From Dictyostelium discoideum (lineage: Eukaryota): a stretch of 64,000 bases of DNA. Both the position numbers and the translations under genes were made by a program. The stretch covers positions 4,096,001-4,160,000 of the forward strand of contig CM000154.2 in assembly GCA_000004695.1 (NCBI GenBank), read 5' to 3'. Shown piece after piece: positions 13,879-25,200 of this stretch (positions are counted from its first letter, which is position 1; each line of letters starts with the position of its first letter). The notes beneath the pieces were generated by a model. It was given only the letters and a program-made list of their open reading frames with translations, made no database searches and had not been told where the DNA came from.

Positions 13879-15191
13879 CAAAAAAAAAAAAAAAGAACAA
13901 AAACAATTAAAATAACAATTTTAATGTGGACCATATAATTTATTTGAAAACAATTATTGATTCTTTGGGTGGTATACCGTTAGTGATTTTATATACAAAA
14001 CTATGTGAGATAAACCGACATTAAAAACTCCACCTTTGTGAAGGAAAAGTCTATGTTTAATTGATTCTAAAAATAGTATTATTATTATTATTATAATTAT
14101 TATATTATTATTATTTTGGTTGTGGTAATTGTGATTGAAATAATTGTTTAATGATTTTTGTGGGTTATAGTGAGTGTTTTTAAGTTGTCAGTGTTTAATA
14201 TTTGCAGGGCGGACGAACTTCTCAACCTCAATTTCTTTAAATACTATCATGATTTTAACTAATGATACCAAGTTGGAATAGATTCTTTGATGGTTTTTCC
14301 AAGATCAATGATATTAATCCAAATCATAATAATACATTTAAATGTTCAGCACTTTTGTTAAATGGTGTCATAAGCAGAGAACCCAGTTTCTATAATTTCT
14401 TTTGGAACCAAGCCAATTTCTTTAAGAAATGAAATAAACATCAAAACCAATCACCACTACTATTATTAAATTGTTTAAATTGTAAAAAGAAATGTAAACA
14501 TCAACTCATCGAGGTTGAAGGGGCTGTTAATATTACTATTAGTGTTAGTGTTGCAAGAAATGGTGATTCCAAAGGAATTGATTTTCAAAAGTTTTCATCA
14601 ATTTTGGGTCTAAGTTTTAAAGTTTCCACCATTATTTCAAATTGTAATAAAAATGCAAAAGATCAAACCAATTATTGTAACTTTATCAATTGGATAATAG
14701 AAATCCTTACCAATAATATTTAAAAACCTCCTTGTTTTAAATTAATTATACTAGTTTGATTGATGGTGATTTATAGATTATATTAAATGTTGATACTATA
14801 CTATTATCATTAATATTAAATAATAATTTACAAGCTTTATCATTTGGACCATTTAATTCAACTAAAATAAGATGCGATAGCAAGAGCAAGAATATTATTT
14901 ACAATTCTAGGCAATCAATATTATTCATATTTCAACATTTGGATGAACACATTGAGGTGTTGGTAAATTTGGGTTGCTCTCTTGATGATGAGTCAAAAAA
15001 AGTTTCCTTTGTAGAATCTGGTGAATGTCTAATATTTTTTTCCATGTTTTAAAAACAGTGCTTGAATTTAAATTGATTTCCTTTCTTTGAGCATCCAATA
15101 CCAATACAAAAAATTAAATAATTACTTTCTTGTATAAACTGTCCAGGTTTTAAAATAAAAAAAGTATTAAAAAATCAATTAGTATTTAAAT

Positions 15192-15237
<46 letters not shown>

Positions 15238-15373
15238 CTAGATACTTATTTAATGATGACAGATTTAAACAAAATTAAAAATACTAGGTTACATGTTATG
15301 TGTTTTATTATATTTTAAAAGTTTAAAAAAATAAAAAAATAAAAAAAAAAATTTTACCTCTGTTTTTGATTTA

Positions 15374-15419
<46 letters not shown>

Positions 15420-15633
15420 GTTCCAATGACTGGGAATAATAAAATTAAAATGTGTTTACAAATTGTTTTTTTTTTTCAAAAAAATCAAAATTAGGTAGAC
15501 ATTTTTTATAAGGATGTCACTCTTTTTTTTTTTAATAACAGGTTAATTACAAACACATATAAACCCTATTTTTTTTTTTTTTTAAACTTATAAAATATTA
15601 TAAATATTTTATTTTTATTATTTATTATTATTA

Positions 15634-16808
15634 TTAAAAGATTATTATTATCAAAAATGAAAATGAAATGAAAATACCAAATGAGTGTTTTAAATTTAAT
15701 GATGAATTACAGTATTTATCAATTTGATATTTAGCATAACTACAATCGGAACTATCAGTGGTAACATTATCAAAGATTACACTTGATTTATATTTACAAA
15801 GTTGAGATCTACACTTTTTATATACACAAGATTGTTTTGAAAACATGTTAATAAAATCACCATAAACACAATCGTTATCATATGAACACTTTTTTAAATC
15901 ATATTCAAGTGAATATTGAATTGGATATCCTTTTGTTTGAATACATTTATCATCACAACTACATGATTGATATTTTCCACATTGAGTTATTGAATTATTA
16001 TTACTATTATTATTATTTTCTATATAATTACAATCATCTATTGATTTTGGTTCAAATAATTTTTCACAAATTCCTAACTCTGAACACTTTATTTTTTTAT
16101 ATTTAATTTATTAATAAAAAGTTTAATAAATTTTTTTTTTTTTTATATAACTTACATATAAACCATTATTTATATCACAATTATAATCTGAATTACAATA
16201 TTGACCTAATTTATTTAGATTATTTTCTGTACAAATACCATTAACACATTTTAAACCTTGAAAACATACTCTACTTGAATAACAATAACCACCTTTTAAA
16301 TTCAATTTTACACATTTATAAATTGAAGTTTCAAAAGAACAAATTTGATTTGATAAACAATCAGCTGATGAAAAACATTGAGTATAATTTAATAATTGAC
16401 AATATCCATATACACATTTTTGATTATTACTTGTACAATCTGAATCAAGTTTACATTTTTCTAAATAACTTGAAAATCCATAATCTAAACATTTAAACTC
16501 TGAATTTTCACCTTTTAAACAATTTAATCCAATATCACATAGATTTATATTATCTATTATTGAACATTTTTCACCTTGTTTTAAGTATTTTTTACATTTA
16601 CCATTAAAACATTTTAATCCATTTTCACAATTTCCTAATAATAATTCATTATTTTTTGTATTATTTGAACACTTTTTTTTTTTTATTTTTTTTTTTTTTT
16701 TGTTTATTTTTTATTTATATGATTAATAATTATTAAAGAAAAAAAGGGTTTTAATTTTGAATGTAGAAAAGGTTTTTTTTTTTTTTTAAAAAACACCCAT
16801 CCTGGGTC

Positions 16809-16843
<35 letters not shown>

Positions 16844-16942
16844 ACTATTTCTCCATCTTTTAAACAATCAAAACAACTATTCCCATTAGTAATAGATAAC
16901 AAATTATAGAGAATAAAAAAAAAATAATATATAGTTTTTCAT
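15634..16942 (-). CDS. Cysteine-rich secreted/GPI-anchored-like protein with repeated approx. 40-aa Cys modules; three exons 16942..16846, 16668..16156, 16094..15634 (start uncertain)
   Basis: Minus-strand translation gives CxxxC-rich modules, for example GNCENGLKCFNGKCKKYLKQGEKC and GGYCYSSRVCFQGLKCVNGICTEN. Donors are GTAAGT at 16845 and 16155. Acceptors are AG at 16670-16669 and 16096-16095. All introns are phase 0. The C-terminus ends in the hydrophobic tail FGIFISFSFLIIIIF. The signal-peptide-like MKNYILFFF... ATG (16942) is 1 nt out of frame with the exon across a T10 homopolymer. Not in the ORF track because the exons are short or lack a Met. Confidence 0.5.
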
Positions 16943-17137
16943 TAATCGAGTAAATTTTTTAAAAAAAAAAAAAAAGAGAAAAATTAAAAAAAAAAAAAAA
17001 AAAAAAAACAAAATCTAGTTTTCAAGAAACTTTTTTTTTCCCCAAGAAATTTCAAAGGAGTTGCATAGAAAATAAAAAATAAAAGTGAAAAAAAGAAACA
17101 AAATTATTGTTTCCTACACGAAAAAATAAAATAAAAT

Positions 17138-18100
17138 TTATTCAAATTTTGGTGTGATTGGAATATTATTAATTAATTCAACTCTTTTAAAATTTCTGGA
17201 GATTGCGTCATGAAATTCTTGATAGTTTTCAATATTTACACTATGACCACTACCTTGAAAAACTACAAATTCTGTTGGAGATAATATTGAATTTAAATAA
17301 TGACTACCAGATGGACTAACCAAATCGTCGTGAGTACCTGTGATAATTGTAATTGGACCACCTATTTTCTCTTTAATTTCTAATAATCTTTTTTTTGACA
17401 CTTTGTGAGTATTGACAGTCCTAATATGGCCATAAAGTGCAGATATTGCTGGTGGTTTAGTAGTTTCCATATCTTTACAATACTTTTCGACAAACATTTC
17501 TAAATTTGTTTTTGTTGGATCCACTAAGGACTGTTTGATTAGGTATGGTTTAGAGTATAAAATAGCGGCCAACACTCTGCCTCTCTTTCTATGATCTCTA
17601 ATGAATATAGTTTGAGTTATACCCCATACACCTCTTGCTGGTGCTAAACTACCTGCATGTGTAACTACCAATGCTAATGATTTCATACGTTGTGGTGCTA
17701 AATGAGCCAATTCCAACGAGATCATACCACCCATGCTAACACCTACAACATGTGCTTTCTCCCATTGTAAATGATCCATTAACTCTAGTAAATCGGTTGC
17801 CATTGAGCTTGAACTATATGATGTCGTTGGATTACCACTTCTACCAACACCTCTATTATCAAATATTAAGTATTCATAATTTTCATCTTTTGTAAATTCC
17901 TCTAAATTCTTATACCATAAAATACCTTGTGTTAAAAATCCCATTACTAATACAACTTTATCTTTACCATTATCTTTATTATAATTTCTACTATCTGTTT
18001 CATTATTTATATGATTATTATTATTATTACCACCACTATGTATTTCATAATACATATCAAATTCACAACCCCTACTTTTTCCTATTTTACAAATTGGCAT
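17138..18100 (-). CDS. Alpha/beta-hydrolase fold protein (AB hydrolase-1 type)
   Basis: VVLVMGFL, FDNRGVGRS, and the nucleophile-elbow G-x-S-x-G context HVVGVSMGGMISLELA. A His-containing C-terminal region is present. Single exon with an A-rich upstream tract. Confidence 0.85.
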   Translation of the reverse strand: MPICKIGKSRGCEFDMYYEIHSGGNNNNNHINNETDSRNYNKDNGKDKVVLVMGFLTQGILWYKNLEEFTKDENYEYLIFDNRGVGRSGNPTTSYSSSSMATDLLELMDHLQWEKAHVVGVSMGGMISLELAHLAPQRMKSLALVVTHAGSLAPARGVWGITQTIFIRDHRKRGRVLAAILYSKPYLIKQSLVDPTKTNLEMFVEKYCKDMETTKPPAISALYGHIRTVNTHKVSKKRLLEIKEKIGGPITIITGTHDDLVSPSGSHYLNSILSPTEFVVFQGSGHSVNIENYQEFHDAISRNFKRVELINNIPITPKFE

Positions 18101-18279
18101 TCTTTTTTTTTTTTTCCTAAAAAATTACTATTTATTTTTACTTTTTTTTTATTTTTTTTTTTTTGTATTTTTTTTTTTAAAATATATATTTGTAATAATA
18201 CAACTATGAACTTTTAATTTTTTTTTGTTTTAAAATTAATTTTTTTTTTTTTTGAATTTTTTTTTATTTAAATTAATTT

Positions 18280-18310
<31 letters not shown>

Positions 18311-18322
18311 GTTTTTTTTGAA

Positions 18323-18353
<31 letters not shown>

Positions 18354-18541
18354 TTTTTTCAATTAACTCATCGTTATTTTTTTCCTTTTTGGTCCTAATC
18401 TCATTTATTTGAGATATTTTAATAATATTTTCAAATAATGACAAATGATATTATCTTATAAAACCTTATAATTTTATTTATTACTATTATTATTTTTATT
18501 ATTAATATTTATAGTATTACTAATTTTTATTTTATTTTTTT

Positions 18542-18572
<31 letters not shown>

Positions 18573-19085
18573 TTTTTTTTATTTTTAAATAATCAACACA
18601 AACCATATGGTTATAAAATTTCAAAGTTAAATATGGTTTGTTTTGATTATTAAAATTTTATATTTTATTATTTTTTTTTTTTTTTTTTTTTTTTTTGATT
18701 AAATTTAATGAAAAATGTTTTTTTTTTAATTTAATAAAGAAACATTTATGATTAACTGAAATTTAAAATCGTTGAAATTAATTATCATTTAAAGTGTTTA
18801 TTTATTTATTTTTATTTTTTTATTTTTTTAATATTTTCTAATAAATTATTTATTTAATTATTTATTTATTTATTTTTATATATATTTATTTATTTATTTA
18901 TTTTTATTATTTTTATTTTTATTTTTATTTTTATTATTTATTTGTTTATTATTTATTTATTTATTTATTTTATTTATTAATTATTTTTATTATTTTTTTT
19001 ATTGTTGTTAATTACCTATTTTGGTAAAACCAACAAATTATTTTTTAAAAAAACGGACCTTTCTTTTTTAGGGTCAAAGTAAAAT

Positions 19086-19122
<37 letters not shown>

Positions 19123-19284
19123 CTTTTTTTCTTTTTTCTTTTTTTTTTTTTAAAATCTCTAAATACAAATAATAAAATAAATAATTATTTTTCAAAATAT
19201 ATATTTTATATAATAATAATAAAAATATATATAAGGGAAAAATTAAGACCAAGAAAGTTTCAAAAACTTCCCTTTCCATTTTCT

Positions 19285-19860
19285 ATGAATTATAGTGATC
19301 CACATTATAATAATAACCATTATTTCACCCAATCTTCAACTCCTCCTCCTCCTCCTCCTCCTCCTTCACATCAGCCACTACCTCAACCACAACCACCACC
19401 TCCCCTTCCTCATATTCAACCACCACCTACATCACATTCATTTCCATTTTATCTAAATAATAATATGGGTAATAATAGTATCAGAACTATATATACATTC
19501 AGAGCATGTCACATTTTTGGTGAAAATATTACATTTGAATTGGAATTGGCAAATAATAAAATAAATTGGAGATATCAAAGTTGTAGAAGGATTGGATCAA
19601 AAGAAACCCAATTCTTTAAAAGAAATATTTCAATTCTAAACTTTAATGGATGCACATACAAAGTAGAATTTTTCTTTGATAATAGACTCGTTGATTTTGA
19701 AATTATGACAAATTATATCGGTCCAAATGATCAAGACGAAGAAATTACCTACCATACTCATAATCTTCAATCAGAGGGTGAAATATTTCATTTAGTAGGT
19801 TGGAGTGGCACAACTTTAACTTTTAGAAAAATGGATTTCAAACAATTAGTTGTTAATTAA
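19285..19860 (+). CDS. Hypothetical protein with Pro-rich N-terminus and a small globular C-terminal domain
   Basis: ORF with poly-Pro (PPPPPPPPSHQPLPQPQPPPPLP) followed by a non-repetitive 120 aa. No homolog recognised. Confidence 0.45.
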   Translation: MNYSDPHYNNNHYFTQSSTPPPPPPPPSHQPLPQPQPPPPLPHIQPPPTSHSFPFYLNNNMGNNSIRTIYTFRACHIFGENITFELELANNKINWRYQSCRRIGSKETQFFKRNISILNFNGCTYKVEFFFDNRLVDFEIMTNYIGPNDQDEEITYHTHNLQSEGEIFHLVGWSGTTLTFRKMDFKQLVVN

Positions 19861-20380
19861 TCAATAATATATAATTCTTTTATTTTTTTTTAGAAAAAAA
19901 AAAGAAAAAAAAAAAAAAAAAAATTAAAAATAATAATAATAAAAAGCAATCAAATAAACACTGTATAATAAATAAATATGGCTTATTTTTTAATTATTAT
20001 TTTTTATTTTTTAATTATTATTTTTAATTATTATTTTTTATTTTTCCTTTTTTTATCAATTCCTAAATTTGAAGTACCATTATTCTTTAATGAATCTTTA
20101 ATTTTTGAAAAAAAAAAGTTTATCGTTATGATTATTTTAATAATAAAACATTCAAACAAAAAAAAAAAAAAAAAACTGGAAAATTCCCAAGATTTTTTTG
20201 AAAATGTAACCTATTTTTTCACTTTTTTTTTTTTAATCATTAATTTTCTCAAAAAAAAAAAAAAAAAAAATCAAAAACAAATTTTTGTATGTGTTTCTCT
20301 TCTATAAATAAGTTAGTTTTTTTTTTTTTTTTTTTTCGTTGTTGTCTGTTGTTTTTTTTATACTAATATTAATAAAACCA

Positions 20381-21886
20381 ATGACTTCAACCAACAAATA
20401 TTTAAATAATAATAATAATAATTTTCAAATGACACTTCCTCAAAATTCAAATAACAATATTAATAATAATATAATAACATTAAATCATTTTATTTTTAAA
20501 GATTTATCATTATTTTTAGCAAATAAATCCACATTTAATGAAATTTTAGAATATGCATTATTATCAAAAAAATCATTTGAAATTTTTAGAAATATATTAT
20601 CATATAATGGTAATATTTGTAGTATAGTATTTCCATTTTCTTCATTAAAAGATTATGCATTTAATAATTTTTACGATTTACGGAAAAATAATCCAAGTAC
20701 ATACAAATTTAAATTAATACAAAATAAAGAAACTCAATATCTTTCATTATCAATTACAAATAAACAACAACAAAAAAAGCAAATGAATAAAATAAAATCA
20801 TATTTAAAATTAGTTTTTCCAAATTTAAAAAAAGTCAATATAGCCAATAAAGTTAAAACCCATTTCCATTTGAATAAATTTGATAACGATGATGATGATG
20901 ATGATGTTGTTGGTGGAGGTGCATTGTATCAAGAAAATGAATTTGAATTTTTCGATGATACATATAATGGTTTTTTTTCGTATGAAAGAGTTTCTATAGA
21001 TTGGGATATTTATAGACTACCATATTCAAATAACAATGAAATTAAGGAAGCCGTATCAGACCTTCGTGGAAATATGTTTTATCCATTTAGTTTTCAAGGA
21101 GTTGAAAAGTTAAGACCTAGAAAAGTCTATTTAAGTTCCTATCCAAAACATTGTATTCACTTATACAATGTTGATTCAATTTTAAATTATTCAACTATCA
21201 GATCAATTAAATTTCAAAATACACCATCAACACCATCATTCATAAAGAAGGCTTTATCTTTACCAAATGTTAAATCATTATCATTGAAATTAATGAGTCA
21301 AGATGGAAATGATCTTCAAGAAATTGATGGTGATTTCGTTTATAATGTTTTCAAAGATGCCGCTTTAGATGAAAATTCAACATTAAGAAGACTACTATTC
21401 AAATCAATTTATCAATCATCTGAAAAAGGAAACCATAATGACCTGGAAATAAATAAAAGAAATCTAATGTTATTTTTTACTTTATTAAAATCAAATTGCA
21501 CATTAGATACATTGGGTTTAGAATTTTTTAATATCAAATATTGTAAACAATTAGACCCATTATTAGAAATACCCAATATAACCACTTTATATATTCATCC
21601 TAATAATATCATACCAACATTAGTACATTGTTTAGATAATCAAAATATTCAACAATTAAAATTTCAAATTGACGATTTTGATTTAGATTTTGATTCAGAT
21701 TTACATAGTAATGAAGTATTGACAGGTTTCTTTAAAGTGAATAACACTTTAAATAAAATTGTAGTTACAAAATCATCATCATCATCATCTGTTAAATCAA
21801 AACAATTTTTAAAACTATTAAAAAAACTTATAAAAAATAGTAAAACATCTTGTAAATTAATTATTAAAAAAGTTGATTTAAAATAA
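20381..21886 (+). CDS. Hypothetical protein (Asn-rich N-terminus; possible F-box-like/LRR-like)
   Basis: The 515-aa ORF in the track starts inside the poly-T promoter. The probable start is the MTSTNKYLNNNN methionine at 20381. Non-repetitive from aa 50 to 500. Confidence 0.5.
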   Translation: MTSTNKYLNNNNNNFQMTLPQNSNNNINNNIITLNHFIFKDLSLFLANKSTFNEILEYALLSKKSFEIFRNILSYNGNICSIVFPFSSLKDYAFNNFYDLRKNNPSTYKFKLIQNKETQYLSLSITNKQQQKKQMNKIKSYLKLVFPNLKKVNIANKVKTHFHLNKFDNDDDDDDVVGGGALYQENEFEFFDDTYNGFFSYERVSIDWDIYRLPYSNNNEIKEAVSDLRGNMFYPFSFQGVEKLRPRKVYLSSYPKHCIHLYNVDSILNYSTIRSIKFQNTPSTPSFIKKALSLPNVKSLSLKLMSQDGNDLQEIDGDFVYNVFKDAALDENSTLRRLLFKSIYQSSEKGNHNDLEINKRNLMLFFTLLKSNCTLDTLGLEFFNIKYCKQLDPLLEIPNITTLYIHPNNIIPTLVHCLDNQNIQQLKFQIDDFDLDFDSDLHSNEVLTGFFKVNNTLNKIVVTKSSSSSSVKSKQFLKLLKKLIKNSKTSCKLIIKKVDLK

Positions 21887-22280
21887 AATTATAATTAAAT
21901 ATTTAAAATTAAATAAATATGTCTATTTTTTTTTTTTTTTTTTTTTTTTTTTTGTTTATAATAATAAATCCAATAATTGATAATAATTAATATTTTGAAA
22001 AATTATTATTAGTTGAGATAGGGTCAATTCCAGAAATTGTTTAAAAGAAATACAAAGTGGTTCTTATTGTTTTCAAATTCCAGAAAAGGTGTAATTTCAT
22101 CAACTGTTAAATACTTATATTTACCTAATTTAAAAACTAATTAGTAATAAAATGAAAAAATTAAAATAATAAATGGATAAAAGTTTTAAAAATATACACA
22201 TATATTTAATTTTTTTTTTTTTTTTTTATTTATATAATTTACTATTTTTTTTTATATTTTTTTTTTATTTTTATTATAAT

Positions 22281-25200
22281 TTAAAGTGGTAAAACTATTT
22301 CTTTTTCTTCTGGTTCAGTTTCAGTTAATGGTGAAATGGTTGGATCAGAACCAAATAATGAAGAGAAATCTTGTTTTTGTCTTGATGGAGTATTATTATT
22401 TGATTTTGCAACGCTGATTCCACCAAATAATGAATCTGAATCAAAGAGACCACCATTTGAAGTTGATGATGCTGTTGATGTTGATTCTTTGTTTGTTTTA
22501 ATTGAACCAAAAAGATCATCAGTTGAATCTGTATCGAATGGATCTTTCTTGGTGGTAGTTGAAGGTTTATCGAAAATGTCACTAGAGTTTCCAAATAAAC
22601 TATCGTCATCAGTACTAAAGAAATCTTTCTTTTTAGTTGAAGTTGGAGTTGATGAAGTTGTATCGGCAAATGGATCAGATGATGCAGCTGTTGATTTAGT
22701 TTCGGTTTCAGTTTCAGCTGAGAATGGACTATCATCAAAATCAAAGAATGATGTCTTCTTTGGTGTTTTCTTTGTGGTATCAGCTTCATCTGGTTTAACT
22801 GGTGTTGATGAAGTTGTAGTTGTGGAAGTGGTAGCGGCAGTAGTTGATGATTCTTCTTCTTCAGTAGTGGTTTGTCTTGGTGAATTATCAATTGATGGAA
22901 TTACTGGTGCAGTTGTTTCATCATCATCAATAGTTGGTGGTTCAACAACTTTTTCCTCTTCTTCTTCTACTTTTTCTTCTTCTTTCTCTTCTTCTTTTTC
23001 TTCAGTAGTTGTTGGTTCATCAACAGCAAATGGTGATGATTCAAATTTAGTTTCATTAATTTCTTCTTTAACTTGTTCAACAACTTTTTCTTCTTTTTCT
23101 TCTTCCTCTTCTACATCATCAATTGGTGGTGGAGTTGATGGTGTTTCTTCAGAATCTGATGCAACATCTTTTTCATTATCTTCATCATCATCTTTATTTA
23201 AAACTGGAACTTCAACTTTAGTTTCCTCTTCTTCTTCTGGAGCTGGTTCTTCAACAACTTTTTCATCTTGTTCATCATCTCCTAAAACTGGTACTTCAAC
23301 TTTTTCAAAATCGTCTTCATCTAAAGTTGGTGGTTCAACAATTTTCTCTTCAACGTCTGATTCAACTTTATCTTCTTGTTCATCTTCTAAAACTGGAACT
23401 TCAACTTTGGTTTCTTCTTCTTCTTTTTCTTCTTCTAAAACTGGTACTTCAACTTTAGTTTCCTCTTCTTCTTCTTCTTCAGATTCTTCTTTAGTAGATG
23501 AGAGTGGATCAACAACTTCTGATTTAGTAACAACTGGAGCTGTTTCTTTTTCTTTTTCTTCTTCTTCGTCATCATCGTCTTCAAGTTCATCACCCATTTC
23601 TTGTTGCATCTTTTCAATTTCGGCATCAATATTTTTAAGATCTTCTTCATTGATATCATCATAATCGTCTTCATCGTCGTCATCATCTTCATCATCTTTA
23701 GTAGAGAGTGGATCAACGACAGTTTGTGATTTAGCGACAACTGGTTCTTCAATTGCTGGTGTTGGTTTTTCTTCTTTAACTTCTTCAACAACAGTGACTG
23801 GTTCTTCAACAACAACTTCTTCTTCTTTAACTTCTTCAGCAATAGTAACTATTTCTTCAACAACAACTTCTTTTTCTTCTTCTTCTTCTTCTTGTTCTTT
23901 TTCTTCTTCTTTTTCTTCTTCTTTTTCTTCTTCTTCTTTTTCTTCTTCTTCTTTTTCTTCTTCTTCTTTTTCTTCTTCTTCTACAACTTCTTCTTCTTCT
24001 TTTTCTTGTTGTTGTTGTTGTTTTTCTTTTTGTTCTTGAATGTATTCAACAGTAACTCTTTTAATTACATCTTTAAATGTTGACATGATAGAATCAGTTG
24101 AATATTCTTCATCTTCATCAAATGATTCAGATACTTGAACAAATACTTTTTGCATACAAACTTTAACTTCTTTAGCGACATCAACATTGTTTGAAGATGC
24201 AACAGCAACAGTGGTACCATCGGATGGAACTTTAACAATAACTTCTTTAACGATAGTTTTTGGTGGTTGTGATTCTAAAGTTGATAATTTCTCTTTAGTT
24301 TCAATTAAAGATTTCTTTGTATCATCATATTGAGTTGTTAATTGTTGAATTTGTTGTTGAAGGGTGGTGATTAAATCATTCTCTTGTTTAGTTGATTCAA
24401 TACCTTCGGCGAAACCTTTTTTGTATGATTTAATGACTTCCTCTTTCTCATGATCCAATTTCTTTTTAGCATCATCGATTAATTTTTGTAATTGATCGAT
24501 TTGTTGGTTATTTGATTGTACGAGTTTATTATATTTCGATTGTTCCTCACTAAGTGATAATTCAGCAGCAGCGATAGCTTCCTCCTTTTTGATTAATAAA
24601 AGATTGAATTTGGATTCAGTCTCTAAACGAGTATTTTCAACCAAAGTTTGAACAGAGGATAAAGCTGAACGTTCAGTTTCCAAGGTATCTTTGAGTGTTG
24701 TAATCTCCAAAGTTAATTGAGAGACCTTATCATCGTTTCTCTTTTTAATTCTAACCATATCCAATTTAAGTCTCTTTAAGGACTCTTCATTGCTTTTCTC
24801 TGCTTGAGTCAAACTATCTTGAGCATCCTTTAACTCGTCCTCCAAAGAGTTGATTTTTTCAATATCAGATTTTCTGGCGTTCTTTTCATCGAGTAAACTC
24901 TTTTTGAAAGCACGGATTTTAAGGGCATAATCTTTTTCAGCTTGTTTGAGTGCCTCTTGATCTTGAATACTCTTTTGGTTCTCTTCTTTGGCAGAGTTGA
25001 GTTCCTCTTGAAGGGTGTTGTAGTCTCTCTTTAATTGATTGATAACTGATTGTGATTTAGTGTGTAACATTTGTTTATCGGCGAGATCATCCTCAACCAA
25101 TGTTTTTTGTTTTTGAAGGTCAATGATTTGTCTTCTCATTTGAGCGACATTATCAGTGATTGCTTCATTACGTGATTCCATCATTTTAGTGTTCTCTTCG

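Noticed and set aside
22336-23664. 442-aa plus-strand Ser/Thr/Val-rich ORF and the 188-aa and 135-aa minus ORFs (22325..22891, 23435..23842)
   Set aside because: These are antisense or alternate-frame readings of the E/K/T-rich low-complexity region of the FKBP15-like gene's large exon.
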